From positions 180,001-212,000 of the forward strand of contig NZ_LN831024.1 of the NCBI RefSeq assembly GCF_001457615.1: a stretch of 32,000 nucleotides of DNA, read 5' to 3'. Shown here one piece after another: positions 8,974 to 18,541 of this stretch. Within the stretch, counting starts at the first letter, position 1; every line of letters starts with the position of its first letter. The translations under genes were made by a program, and so were the position numbers. The notes under the pieces were generated by a model. That model worked only from the letters and a program-made list of their open reading frames with translations, was not told the origin of the DNA and ran no database searches. The stretch comes from Pseudomonas aeruginosa (GTDB taxonomy: Bacteria > Pseudomonadota > Gammaproteobacteria > Pseudomonadales > Pseudomonadaceae).

Positions 8974-9810
8974 ATGAGCCGCACACTCGCCACCGTGATG
9001 CTAGCCGGGGGGCTACTGGCCGCAGGCCAGGCTGTCGCCGAAGACCATGACATGACGCCGACCCACGAGACCGACTCGGGGCCGCTGCTCTGGCACAACG
9101 AGAGCCTGACCTACCTCTACGGCAAGAACTTCAAGATCAACCCGCCGATCCAGCAGACCTTCACCCTGGAACATGCCAGCGGCTGGACCTGGGGCGACCT
9201 GTTCATCTTCTTCGACCAGATCAACTACAACGGCAAGGAAGACGCCAGCAACGGCAAGAACACCTACTACGGCGAGATCACTCCGCGCCTGAGCTTCGGC
9301 AAGCTCACCGGAGCGGACCTCTCCTTCGGCCCGGTGAAGGACGTGCTGCTGGCCGGCACCTACGAGTTCGGCGAAGGCGACACCGAGGCCTACCTGCTCG
9401 GCCCGGGCTTCGACCTGGCGATCCCCGGCTTCGACTACTTCCAGCTCAACTTCTACTACCGCAAGCCCGACGGCAACCGCGTGCGCGCCGGCGCCTGGCA
9501 GATCACCCCGGTGTGGTCCTACACCATTCCGGTGGGCAACTCCGACATCCTCATCGACGGCTACATGGACTGGGTGATCAACAACAAGAGCGCCAGCACC
9601 AGCCGCCGCAACCAGAGCGACTATCACGCCAACCTGCACTTCAACCCACAGGTCAAGTACGACCTGGGCAAGGCCCTCGGCTACGAGCCTAAGCACCTGT
9701 ACGTGGGCCTGGAGTACGACTACTGGTCCGACAAGTACGGTGTGAAGGACTCGCAGTACTTCACCACCGACCAGAACACCGCAAGCTTCCTGGTCAAGTA
9801 CCACTTCTGA
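8974..9810 (+). CDS. Outer membrane protein, nucleoside-specific channel (Tsx/OmpK-like) family
   Basis: Signal peptide MSRTLATVMLAGGLLAAGQAVAEDHD; LEHASGWTWGDLFIFFDQINY...TYYGEITPRLSFGKLTG; terminal aromatic KYHF typical of OM beta-barrels. CAGGAG ribosome-binding site. Confidence 0.85.
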   Translation: MSRTLATVMLAGGLLAAGQAVAEDHDMTPTHETDSGPLLWHNESLTYLYGKNFKINPPIQQTFTLEHASGWTWGDLFIFFDQINYNGKEDASNGKNTYYGEITPRLSFGKLTGADLSFGPVKDVLLAGTYEFGEGDTEAYLLGPGFDLAIPGFDYFQLNFYYRKPDGNRVRAGAWQITPVWSYTIPVGNSDILIDGYMDWVINNKSASTSRRNQSDYHANLHFNPQVKYDLGKALGYEPKHLYVGLEYDYWSDKYGVKDSQYFTTDQNTASFLVKYHF

Positions 9811-9820
9811 GTCCGTCGCG

Positions 9821-9842
9821 CGGGGCTACCGGCCGGGCCCCG
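9821..9842 (+). terminator. Stem-loop just downstream of the Tsx-like gene
   Basis: CGGGGC (9821-9826) ... GCCCCG (9837-9842); a second hairpin at 9861-9886 (GCGCGCCGTGC-ATCG-GCACGGTGCGC, 10/11 paired). Neither has a T-tract. Confidence 0.35.
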
Positions 9843-10051
9843 CCAGCGCGCCCCGTCATTGCGCGCCGTGCATCGGCACGGTGCGCGACGGTCGCCTTCG
9901 TCGTCCTTGCGTTTGCCTCCCGTTGTTCGCTCGACCCACGCCGGGCGCGCCCTGCAGCCTGAGCGGCAGGAATAAGCTGATCACCTGGACAGCTTTTTGC
10001 AGAAGCCGTGCATCCTCCTCCTGTCCGAGGAGCGCCACTTGAGACGGCCCG

Positions 10052-11458
10052 ATGCATAGCGAAGACCAGCGCCCCAACGACCTCATCTACGGCCTCGACG
10101 ACCGGCCGCGCCCGCTTCCCGCCTTCCTTGCCGCGCTACAGCACGTGCTGGCCAGCTTCGTCGGTATCGTCACTCCGCCGCTGGTGATCGGCTCGCTGCT
10201 CGGCCTCGGCGAGCACCTGCCATACCTGATCAGCATGGCGCTGATGGTTTCCGGCGCCGGCACCCTGATCCAGGCGCGCCGGCCGTTCGGCATCGGCGCC
10301 GGGATGATCTGCCTGCAAGGCACCAGCTTCGCCTTCCTCGGCGCCGTGCTGGCCGCCGGGATGCTGGTGAAGCAGCGCGGCGGCGGTCCCGAGGAGATCC
10401 TCGCGATGATCTTCGGCGTGTGCTTCTTCGGCGCCTTCGTGCAGATCGTCCTCAGTCGTTTCCTCGGCCATCTTCGCCGGGTGATCACGCCGCTGGTCAC
10501 CGGCATCGTCATCACCCTGATCGGCGTCAGCCTGATCAAGGTCGGCATCACCGACCTCGGCGGCGGAGCCGGGGCCACGGACTTCGGCGCACCGGCCAAT
10601 CTCGCGCTGGGCGCGCTGGTGCTGCTGAGCATCGTCCTGCTGAACCGCTCGCGCCTGCCCTGGCTGCGCCTGGCCGCCATCGTCATCGGCCTGGCGCTGG
10701 GTACCCTGGCGGCCTGGGCGACCGGCCTGTTCGTTCCGCGGGCGTTGCCCGAGCTGCCGCTGGTCAGCCTGCCGCAGCCGTTCCGCTTCGGCTTCGCCTT
10801 CGACTGGATGGCCTTCCTGCCGGTGGCGCTGATCTACCTGATCAGCAGCATCGAGACGGTCGGCGATCTGACCGCCAACTGCATGCTCTCGCGGCAGCCC
10901 CTGGAGGGACCGGCGTACCTGCAGCGGTTGCGCGGCGGGGTGCTCGGCGACGGCGTCAGTTGCCTGCTGGCAGCCACCTTCAGCGCCTTCCCGAACACCA
11001 CCTTCGCGCAGAACAACGGGGTGATCCAGCTCACCGGGGTGGCCAGCCGGCACGTCGGGATCTATATCGGCGGCGTGTTGCTGGCGCTCGGCCTGTTCCC
11101 CTGGGTCGGCGCGATCCTCCAGCAGATCCCCAAGCCGGTGCTCGGTGGCGCCACCCTGGTGATGTTCGGCAGCGTCGCCGCCGCCGGCATCCGCATTCTC
11201 GGCCAGACCGCAATGGACCGCCGCAGCGTGCTGATCATCGCCGCCTCGTTCGGCGTCGGCCTCGGCGTGGCCGCGCAGCCGACCCTGCTCGACCAGATGC
11301 CGGCGGTGGTGAAGACCCTGTTCGACTCGGCGATCACCAGCGGCGGCATCACCGCCATCCTGCTCAACCTGCTGCTGCCCGAGGAGCGTGTTGCCGAAGC
11401 GGCGCAGGCCAGCGCGAAGGGCGGCGCCCTGGCGCGCTGGCGCAAGCCGCTGGGTTGA
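10052..11458 (+). CDS. NCS2 family nucleobase:cation symporter (uracil/xanthine permease-like)
   Basis: GLDDRPRPLPAFLAALQHVLASFVGIVTPPLVIG; multiple TM helices; FSAFPNTTFAQNNGVIQLTGVASR signature motif of NCS2 transporters. Confidence 0.92.
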   Translation: MHSEDQRPNDLIYGLDDRPRPLPAFLAALQHVLASFVGIVTPPLVIGSLLGLGEHLPYLISMALMVSGAGTLIQARRPFGIGAGMICLQGTSFAFLGAVLAAGMLVKQRGGGPEEILAMIFGVCFFGAFVQIVLSRFLGHLRRVITPLVTGIVITLIGVSLIKVGITDLGGGAGATDFGAPANLALGALVLLSIVLLNRSRLPWLRLAAIVIGLALGTLAAWATGLFVPRALPELPLVSLPQPFRFGFAFDWMAFLPVALIYLISSIETVGDLTANCMLSRQPLEGPAYLQRLRGGVLGDGVSCLLAATFSAFPNTTFAQNNGVIQLTGVASRHVGIYIGGVLLALGLFPWVGAILQQIPKPVLGGATLVMFGSVAAAGIRILGQTAMDRRSVLIIAASFGVGLGVAAQPTLLDQMPAVVKTLFDSAITSGGITAILLNLLLPEERVAEAAQASAKGGALARWRKPLG

Positions 11459-11550
11459 TACGGGCGTTTGCAAATTTTTCCGCGCCTGGCTTGTGTCCCG
11501 CGGCCGGGCTGGGGTATCAACGCGGGGATCACGCCGATGGAAACCTGCGC

Positions 11551-12216
11551 ATGACCCTGACAGTGCCCGCCCACGACCCGGCCGCCCGCGACAAGCCGGC
11601 CGGGCGCATCCGCCAGAAGAACGAGGAGGCGATCCTCGCCGCGGCCGAGGAGGAGTTCGCCCGCCACGGCTTCAAGGGCACCAGCATGAACACCATCGCG
11701 CAGAACGTCGGCCTGCCCAAGGCCAACCTGCACTACTACTTCGGCAACAAGCTGGGCCTCTACACGGCGGTGCTGAGCAACATCCTCGAACTCTGGGACA
11801 GTACCTTCAACACCCTCGGCGTCGACGACGATCCGGCCGAGGCGCTGGCCCGCTACATCCGCGCCAAGATGGAGTTCTCCCGCCGCTACCCGCTGGCCTC
11901 GCGGATCTTCGCCATGGAGATCATCAGCGGCGGCGAGTGCCTCACCGCGCATTTCAACCAGGACTACCGCAGCTGGTTCCGCGGCCGCGCCGCGGTATTC
12001 GAGGCCTGGATCGCCGCCGGCCGGATGGACCCGGTGGATCCCGTGCACCTGATCTTCCTGCTCTGGGGCAGCACCCAGCACTACGCCGACTTCGCCAGCC
12101 AGATCGGCCTGGTCACCGGCCGCAAGCGCATGTCCAGGCAGGACTTCGCCGCCGCCGCCGACAACCTGGTGCGGATCATCCTCAAGGGCTGCGGACTGAC
12201 CCCGCCGGCGGCCTGA
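11551..12216 (+). CDS. TetR-family regulator, RutR-like
   Basis: RQKNEEAILAAAEEEFARHGFKGTSMNTIAQNVGLPKANLHYYFGNKLGLYTAVL; the C-terminal half (FAMEIISGGECL..FLLWGSTQHYADFASQ) resembles RutR. Confidence 0.9.
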   Translation: MTLTVPAHDPAARDKPAGRIRQKNEEAILAAAEEEFARHGFKGTSMNTIAQNVGLPKANLHYYFGNKLGLYTAVLSNILELWDSTFNTLGVDDDPAEALARYIRAKMEFSRRYPLASRIFAMEIISGGECLTAHFNQDYRSWFRGRAAVFEAWIAAGRMDPVDPVHLIFLLWGSTQHYADFASQIGLVTGRKRMSRQDFAAAADNLVRIILKGCGLTPPAA

Positions 12217-12221
12217 ACGCG

Positions 12222-12812
12222 ATGCCGAGCACCCTGCAAGGCCTCGCCGAATACCGCGAGGAAATCCGCAAGAGCCGCTTCCACACCATCGCCGCGCCGG
12301 TGGCCGACGAGGACGAGGCGCAGGCGTTCATCGCCGCCCACCGCGACGCTTCCGCCGGACACAACTGCTGGGCCTGGAAGTGCGGCGCGCAGTACCGCTT
12401 CAGCGACGACGGCGAACCCGGCGGCAGCGCCGGGCGGCCGATCCTGGCGGCCATCGAGGGACAGGACATGGACTGCGTGGCGGTGCTGGTCAGCCGCTGG
12501 TTCGGTGGCATCAAGCTCGGCACCGGCGGCCTCGCCCGCGCCTATGGCGGCGGCGCGGCCAAGTGCCTGCAGCAGGCGCCGCGCAGCGAGCTGGTCGAGC
12601 GCTGTCGGGTGCGCTTCGCCTGTGCCTTCGCCGACCACGCGCTGCTCAAGGCGCGCAGCCTGGCGCTGGGCGCCAGCGTGGCGGCCGAAGACTACGGCGC
12701 CGACGGCGTCGTCCTGACCCTGGAGTTGCCGGTGGCGCGCTTCGAGGCGCTTCAGGCGCTGCTGGTGGACCTCAGCCGAGGCCAGGTGCGGCCGCAGCGG
12801 CTGGACGCCTGA
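12222..12812 (+). CDS. IMPACT/YigZ family protein
   Basis: KSRFHTIAAPVADEDEAQAFIAAHR..AGHNCWAWKCG....FSDDGEPGGSAGRPIL..VLVSRWFGGIKLGTGGLARAYG. ATG at 12222 is in frame with the stop at 12812. Confidence 0.93.
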   Translation: MPSTLQGLAEYREEIRKSRFHTIAAPVADEDEAQAFIAAHRDASAGHNCWAWKCGAQYRFSDDGEPGGSAGRPILAAIEGQDMDCVAVLVSRWFGGIKLGTGGLARAYGGGAAKCLQQAPRSELVERCRVRFACAFADHALLKARSLALGASVAAEDYGADGVVLTLELPVARFEALQALLVDLSRGQVRPQRLDA

Positions 12813-12818
12813 GGAGGC

Positions 12819-13646
12819 TCAGCGCGCTGGAGCCGGGCGGGAAGGGGCAGGAAGCGGCGGGAGCGCGGCGAACACGCATTTGTCGCGGCCGCTGCGCTTG
12901 GCGTCGAGCAGTGCGGCGTCGGCGCGATTGACGGTCTGCGAATAGGTTTCGCCGATGCGGTGTTCGGTAACGCCGACGCTGGCGGTGACGCTCAGCGCCT
13001 CGGTGCCGACGCGTACCGCCAGGGTCCGTACGCTGTCGCGCACCCGCTCGAGTACCGGGCCGGCGTCCTGCAGGCGGGTCTGTGGCAGCAGCAGGAGGAA
13101 TTCCTCGCCGCCCCAGCGGCCGCAGAGGTCGTATTCGCGTAGCTCGGACTCCATGGCCCGGGCGATTTCCACCAGCACCCGGTCACCGCTGTCGTGGCCC
13201 CAGGTATCGTTGACCTGCTTGAAGAAGTCCACATCGAGCATTGCCAGCACGTAGCTCTGGCCGTGGCGCTGGGAGCGTTCGTTCTCCTCCCTGAGGCGCT
13301 CCAGCAGCATGCGTCGGTTGGGCAGGCCGGTCAGCGGGTCGCGGATCGAGGCTTCCTTCAGCGCCAGGTTGAGGTCGCGCATCATCTGCTGGTAGCGGTC
13401 GGAGATCCGCGCCACCTTTTCCAGGCGCCGCAGCTGCTTGTGGTAGCGCTCGGACAGCGACAGGTTCTGCTCCCGCGCCATCGACTGGAATCCGTCGGAG
13501 ATCCGGGCGATGCGCTCCAGCCGCACCAGTTGCTCCAGCGATTGCTGGCGCAGGCGGGCCAGCGCCTGGTGCAGCGGATGCCCGTGGAACTGCGGATCGG
13601 CCAGCAGGCCGTCGATCCAGGCGTCCAGTTCGCGTTCGCGGCTCAT
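12819..13646 (-). CDS. siaD: Diguanylate cyclase SiaD
   Basis: GGDEF domain with RWGGEEF active site and an upstream REYD I-site (five residues before GGEEF); last gene after siaABC. Confidence 0.93.
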   Translation of the reverse strand: MSRERELDAWIDGLLADPQFHGHPLHQALARLRQQSLEQLVRLERIARISDGFQSMAREQNLSLSERYHKQLRRLEKVARISDRYQQMMRDLNLALKEASIRDPLTGLPNRRMLLERLREENERSQRHGQSYVLAMLDVDFFKQVNDTWGHDSGDRVLVEIARAMESELREYDLCGRWGGEEFLLLLPQTRLQDAGPVLERVRDSVRTLAVRVGTEALSVTASVGVTEHRIGETYSQTVNRADAALLDAKRSGRDKCVFAALPPLPAPSRPAPAR

Positions 13647-13652
13647 CGTCGG

Positions 13653-14033
13653 CTACTCGTCGTGGGCCTGGATGGCGAAGGGGAAGCTGCAGTCCTCGCG
13701 GAACTCCTCGGCCAGCTCGGCGACCCGTTCGTTGCGCCGGTCGTAGTGCCAGCGCAGGCTGACCGGGCGACCGCCCTGGTGGGCCTCTTCGAGCAGGTCG
13801 AGGATGTCCATCATGGCCTTGATCGAACTGGTGTTCAGGTACAGCAGGCGCAGGTCCAGTTCCAGCGGCCGCTGCCCGGCGGCGAGGAAGCGCTCGACCC
13901 AGTCGATCACCTGGCCGAACAGTTCATAGGAGTTTTCCGGGTAGGAATCGCCTTGCATGGACAGGCGTCCGGCCTGCCAGTCGCCCTGGATGGCGGGCGT
14001 GGACTGGGTGCCGGGTATGTGCAGGTCACTCAT
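13653..14033 (-). CDS. siaC: SiaC, phosphorylatable partner/activator protein
   Basis: 126 aa DUF1987-type protein with LLYLNTSSIKAMMDIL; Thr68 sits at the phosphosite position reported for SiaC. Confidence 0.93.
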   Translation of the reverse strand: MSDLHIPGTQSTPAIQGDWQAGRLSMQGDSYPENSYELFGQVIDWVERFLAAGQRPLELDLRLLYLNTSSIKAMMDILDLLEEAHQGGRPVSLRWHYDRRNERVAELAEEFREDCSFPFAIQAHDE

Positions 14034-14059
14034 GATGGTGTTCTTCCTAAAACACGGGG

Positions 14060-14602
14060 TCAGATCACGGCGCGCAGGCTGAAGAAGGCGCGCCCGTCGG
14101 GCTGTTCCTTCAGCGATGCGGCCAGTGGTTCGCTGGACTTGCGGGCGATGTCCAGCAGGCCGAGACCGGCTCCGCTGGCGCAGCCGCTGTCGCGCGGGCG
14201 GCGTAGCTGCTCCTTGTAGGCGGCCTTGAGGGCGGCCTTGTCGAGGTTGGCGATGGCCTGGATGCTGCGCACCAGGCTCTGGCCGTCGTCGCGTTCCACC
14301 AGGTTGCCGGCGGACACCACGTAGTGGCCGTCCTCGTTGCGGGCGATGGCTACCGTGGCCGCCGCCTCGTGTTCGCCGTAGCCCTTGAGATTGGCGTAGT
14401 GGCGGATGTTCTGGGTCATCTCGATGTACACCGCGAAGACGTCCATCGCTTCGCTCGGCTTGGCCTGTTCGGCGTGCAGGTAGTTGCGCAGCGCGTGGCC
14501 TATCTCCTCGATCAGGCTGCGCGAGATCGGTCCGTTGAAGCAGAGCAGGATGCGTTGGCGGGTGTAGCTTTCACGCATGGCCAGCAGGTCTAGCGTTTCC
14601 AT
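14060..14602 (-). CDS. siaB: SiaB, kinase component acting on SiaC
   Basis: METLDLLAMRESYTRQRILLCFNGPISRSLIEEIGHALRNYL...ASGAGLGLLDIARKSSEP (GHKL-like G-box). Located between siaA and siaC; the track ORF is over-extended upstream. Confidence 0.9.
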   Translation of the reverse strand: METLDLLAMRESYTRQRILLCFNGPISRSLIEEIGHALRNYLHAEQAKPSEAMDVFAVYIEMTQNIRHYANLKGYGEHEAAATVAIARNEDGHYVVSAGNLVERDDGQSLVRSIQAIANLDKAALKAAYKEQLRRPRDSGCASGAGLGLLDIARKSSEPLAASLKEQPDGRAFFSLRAVI

Positions 14603-14610
14603 GGGTGCCC

Positions 14611-16602
14611 CTAGTCGAATCGGAAGGACAGGATGGTGATGTCGTCGCGTTGCGGGTGCTCGCCCTGGTACTCGGCGAGCGTCGCCACGAAGGCCTCGGC
14701 CTGCTCGGGGAGCGGCTGCCGCGCGTGGTCGCGGAGCATGTCGGCGAAGCGCCGGCTGCCGAAGCCGAAGCCGTGTTCGCCGCCGGCCTGGTCGAGGAAA
14801 CCGTCGGTGCTCAGGTAGAAGGTCCAGCCCGGCGCCAGCGGTACCTCGATGTTGCGGTAGTCGCCACGGCGCTTGTCGCCGATCGCCCGGCGCGCGCCCT
14901 TGAGTTCCTGGACCTCCTCGCCGTCGCTGGCGTACAGCGAGATCTTCGCCCCGGCGAAGGCCAGCTGGCGGCGCCGGCGGTCGACCCAGACCAGCCCGGC
15001 ATCCATGTTGGTGGCCAGCGCCTGGGGGATCTGCTCCTGGCTGAGCATGCTGCGCATCGCCTGGTCGGTCTCGCCGAGGATCGCCGCCGGGTCGCGGCTG
15101 CCCACCGCCTCGATGGCGTGGTCGATGGCGGCGCGGGCGAGCATGGTCATCAGCGCGCCGGGCACGCCGTGACCGGCGCAGTCGACCACGCCGATCAGGT
15201 AGCCGTCGGTCTGCTCGCGGTACACGTAGAAGTCGCCGCCGACCACGTCGCGCGGTTTCCACAGGATGAAGTGATGCTCGCCGAGGGTGGCGCTGAGCTG
15301 GCGGTCGGGGAGGATCGCGCGCTGGATCAGGCTGGCATAGTCGAGGCTGTCGCCGATCTTCTTCTGCGCGGCGGCCATCTCGCGGTTGGCTTCCTCCAGC
15401 GCCTGGGTGCGCTCCTGGACCTTGTCTTCCAGCTCGGCGGTGTGCCGGCGGACCTGGTCGGCCATGCTGGCGAAGGCCTTCGACAGCGAGCCGATCTCGT
15501 CCTGGCGCGCCAGCGGCAGCGGCGTGTCGTAGCGCCCGGCGGCGATCGCCTTGGCCGAGCGCTTGAGGCTGCGCAGGGGGCGCAACAGCAGGCGCTCGAC
15601 GGCATAGGCGAAGCCCAGCAGCAGGGCCACCAGCAACAGCAGGAACGTGCCCGCCAGCGGCCAAAGCCAGCGGTTGTCGAGGACCTGGGCGGCGTGCAGG
15701 TCGACGGCGGTGAGCACGTACCAGCGCAGTTGGGGAATGTAGGCCACGGCGAAGAGTTGCTGGCGGCCGTCGAGGCCGGCCCACAGGCAGTGCACCGAGC
15801 CGGCCTTGGCGCGGGCCAGGCGCATGGCCTCGCGCAGGGCGTCGCGCTGTTCCGGCTGGTCGAGCAGGTCGAACACCCGGTGGCGTTCGCTGGCGCCGCC
15901 GGCGGCGGAGCTGTAGGCGATCAGGCGGCGGTCCGGGTGGGCCTGGATGGCGCCGTCGTCGCCGACGATCATCGGCGTCACGCCCGGCTCGCGGGCGATG
16001 ATGAAGTCGTCGAGGAAGCCGCTCAGGTCCAGGCCGCTGCCGGCCAGGCCGATGGGCCGGCCCTGGTCGCGGATCACCAGGTTGAACCAGACCTTGGTCA
16101 GGTTCAGCTTGCTGTCGACATTGACGTTGATGTTGTAGGCGGCGCTGTTGCGCAGGGTATTGAAGTACCAGGCGTCTTCCGGGTCGCCGGCCTCCAGGGT
16201 GTAGCGCGGCCGTTCGCTGTAGGGTTGGCGGCCGTCGTTGAAGTAGTAGTGCTGGGAGCCGCTGGCGATGATGAAGTAGGCGTGGTCGCGGAAGTCGCCG
16301 CGGTAGCCCTCGGCCTCGCGGAAGAACAGCGCGCGGCGCGCCGGGTCGTCTTCCTTCAGCAGCCAGTCGCGGGTCACCACCGATTCGGCGAAACGGCGCG
16401 ACAACGCCAGTTCGCGGGAGACCGGGGCGAGGATCTTCTGCCGGTGCAGCAGGGTGAAGTTCTTCGCGTAGGCCAGGCCGAAGTGCGTACGGATGTCGTC
16501 CATCGCGCGCCAGCCCAGCAGCACCGCCGGGACCAGTGCCAGGGCACAGGCCAGCAACAGCGCCACCACCGATTTGCCGCGCAACCCCCAGTTCGCCGCC
16601 AT
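14611..16602 (-). CDS. siaA: SiaA, membrane sensor with HAMP and PP2C/SpoIIE-like phosphatase domain
   Basis: N-terminal TM helix, periplasmic sensor region, second TM and HAMP (ERLLLRPLRSLKRSAKAIAAGRYDTPLPLARQDEIGSLSKAF), phosphatase (VVGGDFYVYREQTDGYLIGVVDCAGHGVPGALMTM). MAANWGLRG start gives 663 aa. Confidence 0.95.
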   Translation of the reverse strand: MAANWGLRGKSVVALLLACALALVPAVLLGWRAMDDIRTHFGLAYAKNFTLLHRQKILAPVSRELALSRRFAESVVTRDWLLKEDDPARRALFFREAEGYRGDFRDHAYFIIASGSQHYYFNDGRQPYSERPRYTLEAGDPEDAWYFNTLRNSAAYNINVNVDSKLNLTKVWFNLVIRDQGRPIGLAGSGLDLSGFLDDFIIAREPGVTPMIVGDDGAIQAHPDRRLIAYSSAAGGASERHRVFDLLDQPEQRDALREAMRLARAKAGSVHCLWAGLDGRQQLFAVAYIPQLRWYVLTAVDLHAAQVLDNRWLWPLAGTFLLLLVALLLGFAYAVERLLLRPLRSLKRSAKAIAAGRYDTPLPLARQDEIGSLSKAFASMADQVRRHTAELEDKVQERTQALEEANREMAAAQKKIGDSLDYASLIQRAILPDRQLSATLGEHHFILWKPRDVVGGDFYVYREQTDGYLIGVVDCAGHGVPGALMTMLARAAIDHAIEAVGSRDPAAILGETDQAMRSMLSQEQIPQALATNMDAGLVWVDRRRRQLAFAGAKISLYASDGEEVQELKGARRAIGDKRRGDYRNIEVPLAPGWTFYLSTDGFLDQAGGEHGFGFGSRRFADMLRDHARQPLPEQAEAFVATLAEYQGEHPQRDDITILSFRFD

Positions 16603-16864
16603 GGCTATCCCTATCAGTTTCTCGCCCGGCCCGCGGCCGAAATCATGGATCGAAAGCGTGTGTCGAACTTTTGGCGAAAGGGCCAATTGTGCAGATGTGC
16701 ATTATTTCAGGCAACGTAATTTGGTTTTATTTCGCCATTAATTTGACGTCACAATGATGGCGAGCAGGCAAGGGCCCGTGGTTCGGGCCTGTCGTCGGCG
16801 GGGTCTCGGCGGGGGAGGTTGCGGGGGGCGGCGAAAAAGCGCAGCGGGCCGGCCAGAATCCCGC

Positions 16865-17914
16865 TCAGAGGCGGTTGCCGCTGCCGCGCCGGGCGGCTTG
16901 CTGGAGCAGCGCGGCGGCGATCCGTTCGAGCGGCAGCACGTCTTCCGCGGCGCCCAGTTCCACCGCTTCGCGGGGCATGCCGTAGACCACGCAGGTAGCC
17001 TCGTCCTGGGCCAGGGTGTAGCCGCCGGCCTGGCGGATCGCCAGGAGCCCGCGCGCGCCGTCCTTGCCCATGCCGGTGAGCAGGCCGGCGAGCAGGTTGC
17101 GCCCGGCGCAGCGAGCCAGCGACTCGAACATCACGTCCACTGCCGGGCGGTGGCCGTTGACCTGCGCCTGGCGGTTCAAACGCACCACGTAGTTGGCGCC
17201 GAAGCGCTGCACCTCCATGTGGTGGTCGCCCGGCGCGACCAGGGCGTGGCCGGGCAGTATGCGGTCGCCGTCGCGCGCTTCGCTGACGCTGAGCCGGGTC
17301 AGGCGATCCAGGCGCTCGGCGAAGCTGCGGGTGAAGCCGGGAGGCATGTGCTGGGTGATGACCACCCCGGGACTGTGCGCCGGCAGGCCGAGCAGCACTT
17401 CCTTGAGCGCCTCGGTGCCGCCGGTGGAGGCGCCGAGGGCGATGATCTTCTCGGTGCTGAGCAGCGGCGCCGCGCTTTCCGGCGGCGCCGGCGCGTCCGC
17501 CGCACGGCGGCGCAGGCGGGCGCGGGCGACGGTCTTGAGCTTGGTGCGGATTTCCTCGGCATAGGCCTGCATGCCTTCGGCGATGCCCAGCCGGGGCTTG
17601 GCGATGAAGTCCACCGCGCCCAGTTCCAGCGCGCGCAGGGTGGCTTCGGAACCGCGCTCGGTGAGCGAGGAGATCATCAGCACCGGGGTCGGCCGCGCCT
17701 TCATCAGCTTGTCGAGGAAGGTCAGGCCGTCCATTCGCGGCATTTCCACGTCGAGGCTGATCACGTCCGGCGCGTGCTGCTTGATCAGGTCGCGGGCGAC
17801 GAAGGCGTCCGGCGCGCAGCCGACCAGGCGCAGCTCCGGGTCGGCCTGGATGATCTCCTTGAGCAGGCTGCGGATCAGGGCGGAATCGTCGACGACCAGG
17901 ACACTGATGGGCAT
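16865..17914 (-). CDS. cheB2: Chemotaxis response regulator/methylesterase CheB2
   Basis: Receiver domain [11 protein letters not shown]...[22 protein letters not shown]; CheB catalytic region [14 protein letters not shown]...THHMPPGF-like sequence [18 protein letters not shown]. Confidence 0.95.
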   Translation of the reverse strand: MPISVLVVDDSALIRSLLKEIIQADPELRLVGCAPDAFVARDLIKQHAPDVISLDVEMPRMDGLTFLDKLMKARPTPVLMISSLTERGSEATLRALELGAVDFIAKPRLGIAEGMQAYAEEIRTKLKTVARARLRRRAADAPAPPESAAPLLSTEKIIALGASTGGTEALKEVLLGLPAHSPGVVITQHMPPGFTRSFAERLDRLTRLSVSEARDGDRILPGHALVAPGDHHMEVQRFGANYVVRLNRQAQVNGHRPAVDVMFESLARCAGRNLLAGLLTGMGKDGARGLLAIRQAGGYTLAQDEATCVVYGMPREAVELGAAEDVLPLERIAAALLQQAARRGSGNRL

Positions 17915-17933
17915 GGCGGGCTCTCCCGGAGAG

Positions 17934-18536
17934 TCAGAACAGGTCGATGGGGCCGCCGTCCGCGTTGCGGTCGATACGGCGGCGGTAGTCGCGTTCACGC
18001 TGCAGCACGGTGTCGTTCTTCAGCTCCACCAGGGACTTCACCAGGACCCGGCCATTGCGCGGGAAGAAGTAGATCTTGCGCGGGAAGGCCTCCAGCACGT
18101 CGCTGGCGAGCAGCGGGATACGCTCGGTGGCCAGGTAGTCGAGGGTGAACTCGACGTTGCGCTGGCCGATGGCGGCGCTGATCTGGCGCAGTACCGAGCC
18201 GCCGCCGAAGACCTTGGCCTGCAGGCGCTCGCGGCTGGCGCCGAGGGCCAGCATGCGGTTGATCAGCAGTTCCATGGCGTGGCTGCCGTAGCGCGCCGAC
18301 GGCGAGGCCGGGTCGCCGCCGAGGCCGCGCTCGGGGAGCATGAAGTGGTTCATCCCGGCGATGCCGTTGAGCGGGTCGCGCAGGCACACCGAGACGCAGG
18401 AGCCGAGCACGGTGACGATCACCAGGTCTTCGCCGCTGGCGAAGTATTCGCCGGGCAAAAGCTTCACCGCATCGCAGGCGAAGTACGGATCGTAGTAGCG
18501 GTTCAGCGGCGCGCCTTCCCGGGCCTGGAGATTCAT
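17934..18536 (-). CDS. cheD: Chemoreceptor glutamine deamidase CheD
   Basis: [32 protein letters not shown] (catalytic Cys of the GSC motif). Confidence 0.95.
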   Translation of the reverse strand: MNLQAREGAPLNRYYDPYFACDAVKLLPGEYFASGEDLVIVTVLGSCVSVCLRDPLNGIAGMNHFMLPERGLGGDPASPSARYGSHAMELLINRMLALGASRERLQAKVFGGGSVLRQISAAIGQRNVEFTLDYLATERIPLLASDVLEAFPRKIYFFPRNGRVLVKSLVELKNDTVLQRERDYRRRIDRNADGGPIDLF

Positions 18537-18541
18537 CGCGA

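Noticed and set aside
9861-9886. GCGCGCCGTGC-ATCG-GCACGGTGCGC hairpin as an independent sRNA
   Set aside because: Good stem, but no adjacent promoter or T-tract; more simply part of the 3' region of the Tsx-like gene or the 5' region of the permease gene.
10420-11550. Long upstream extension of the TetR ORF (track ORF starts 10420)
   Set aside because: The extension reads as a +1 frame shadow of the NCS2 permease gene. The RutR-like sequence starts only around 11551.
14605-16719. 704-aa plus-strand ORF antisense to siaA
   Set aside because: Antisense artefact of codon third-position GC; no signal peptide or domain.
16772-16790. GGGCCCG-TGGTT-CGGGCCT as a siaA/cheB2 regulatory stem
   Set aside because: Short stem with no U-tract on either strand. 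Its position upstream of siaA is suggestive but not enough for a feature call.
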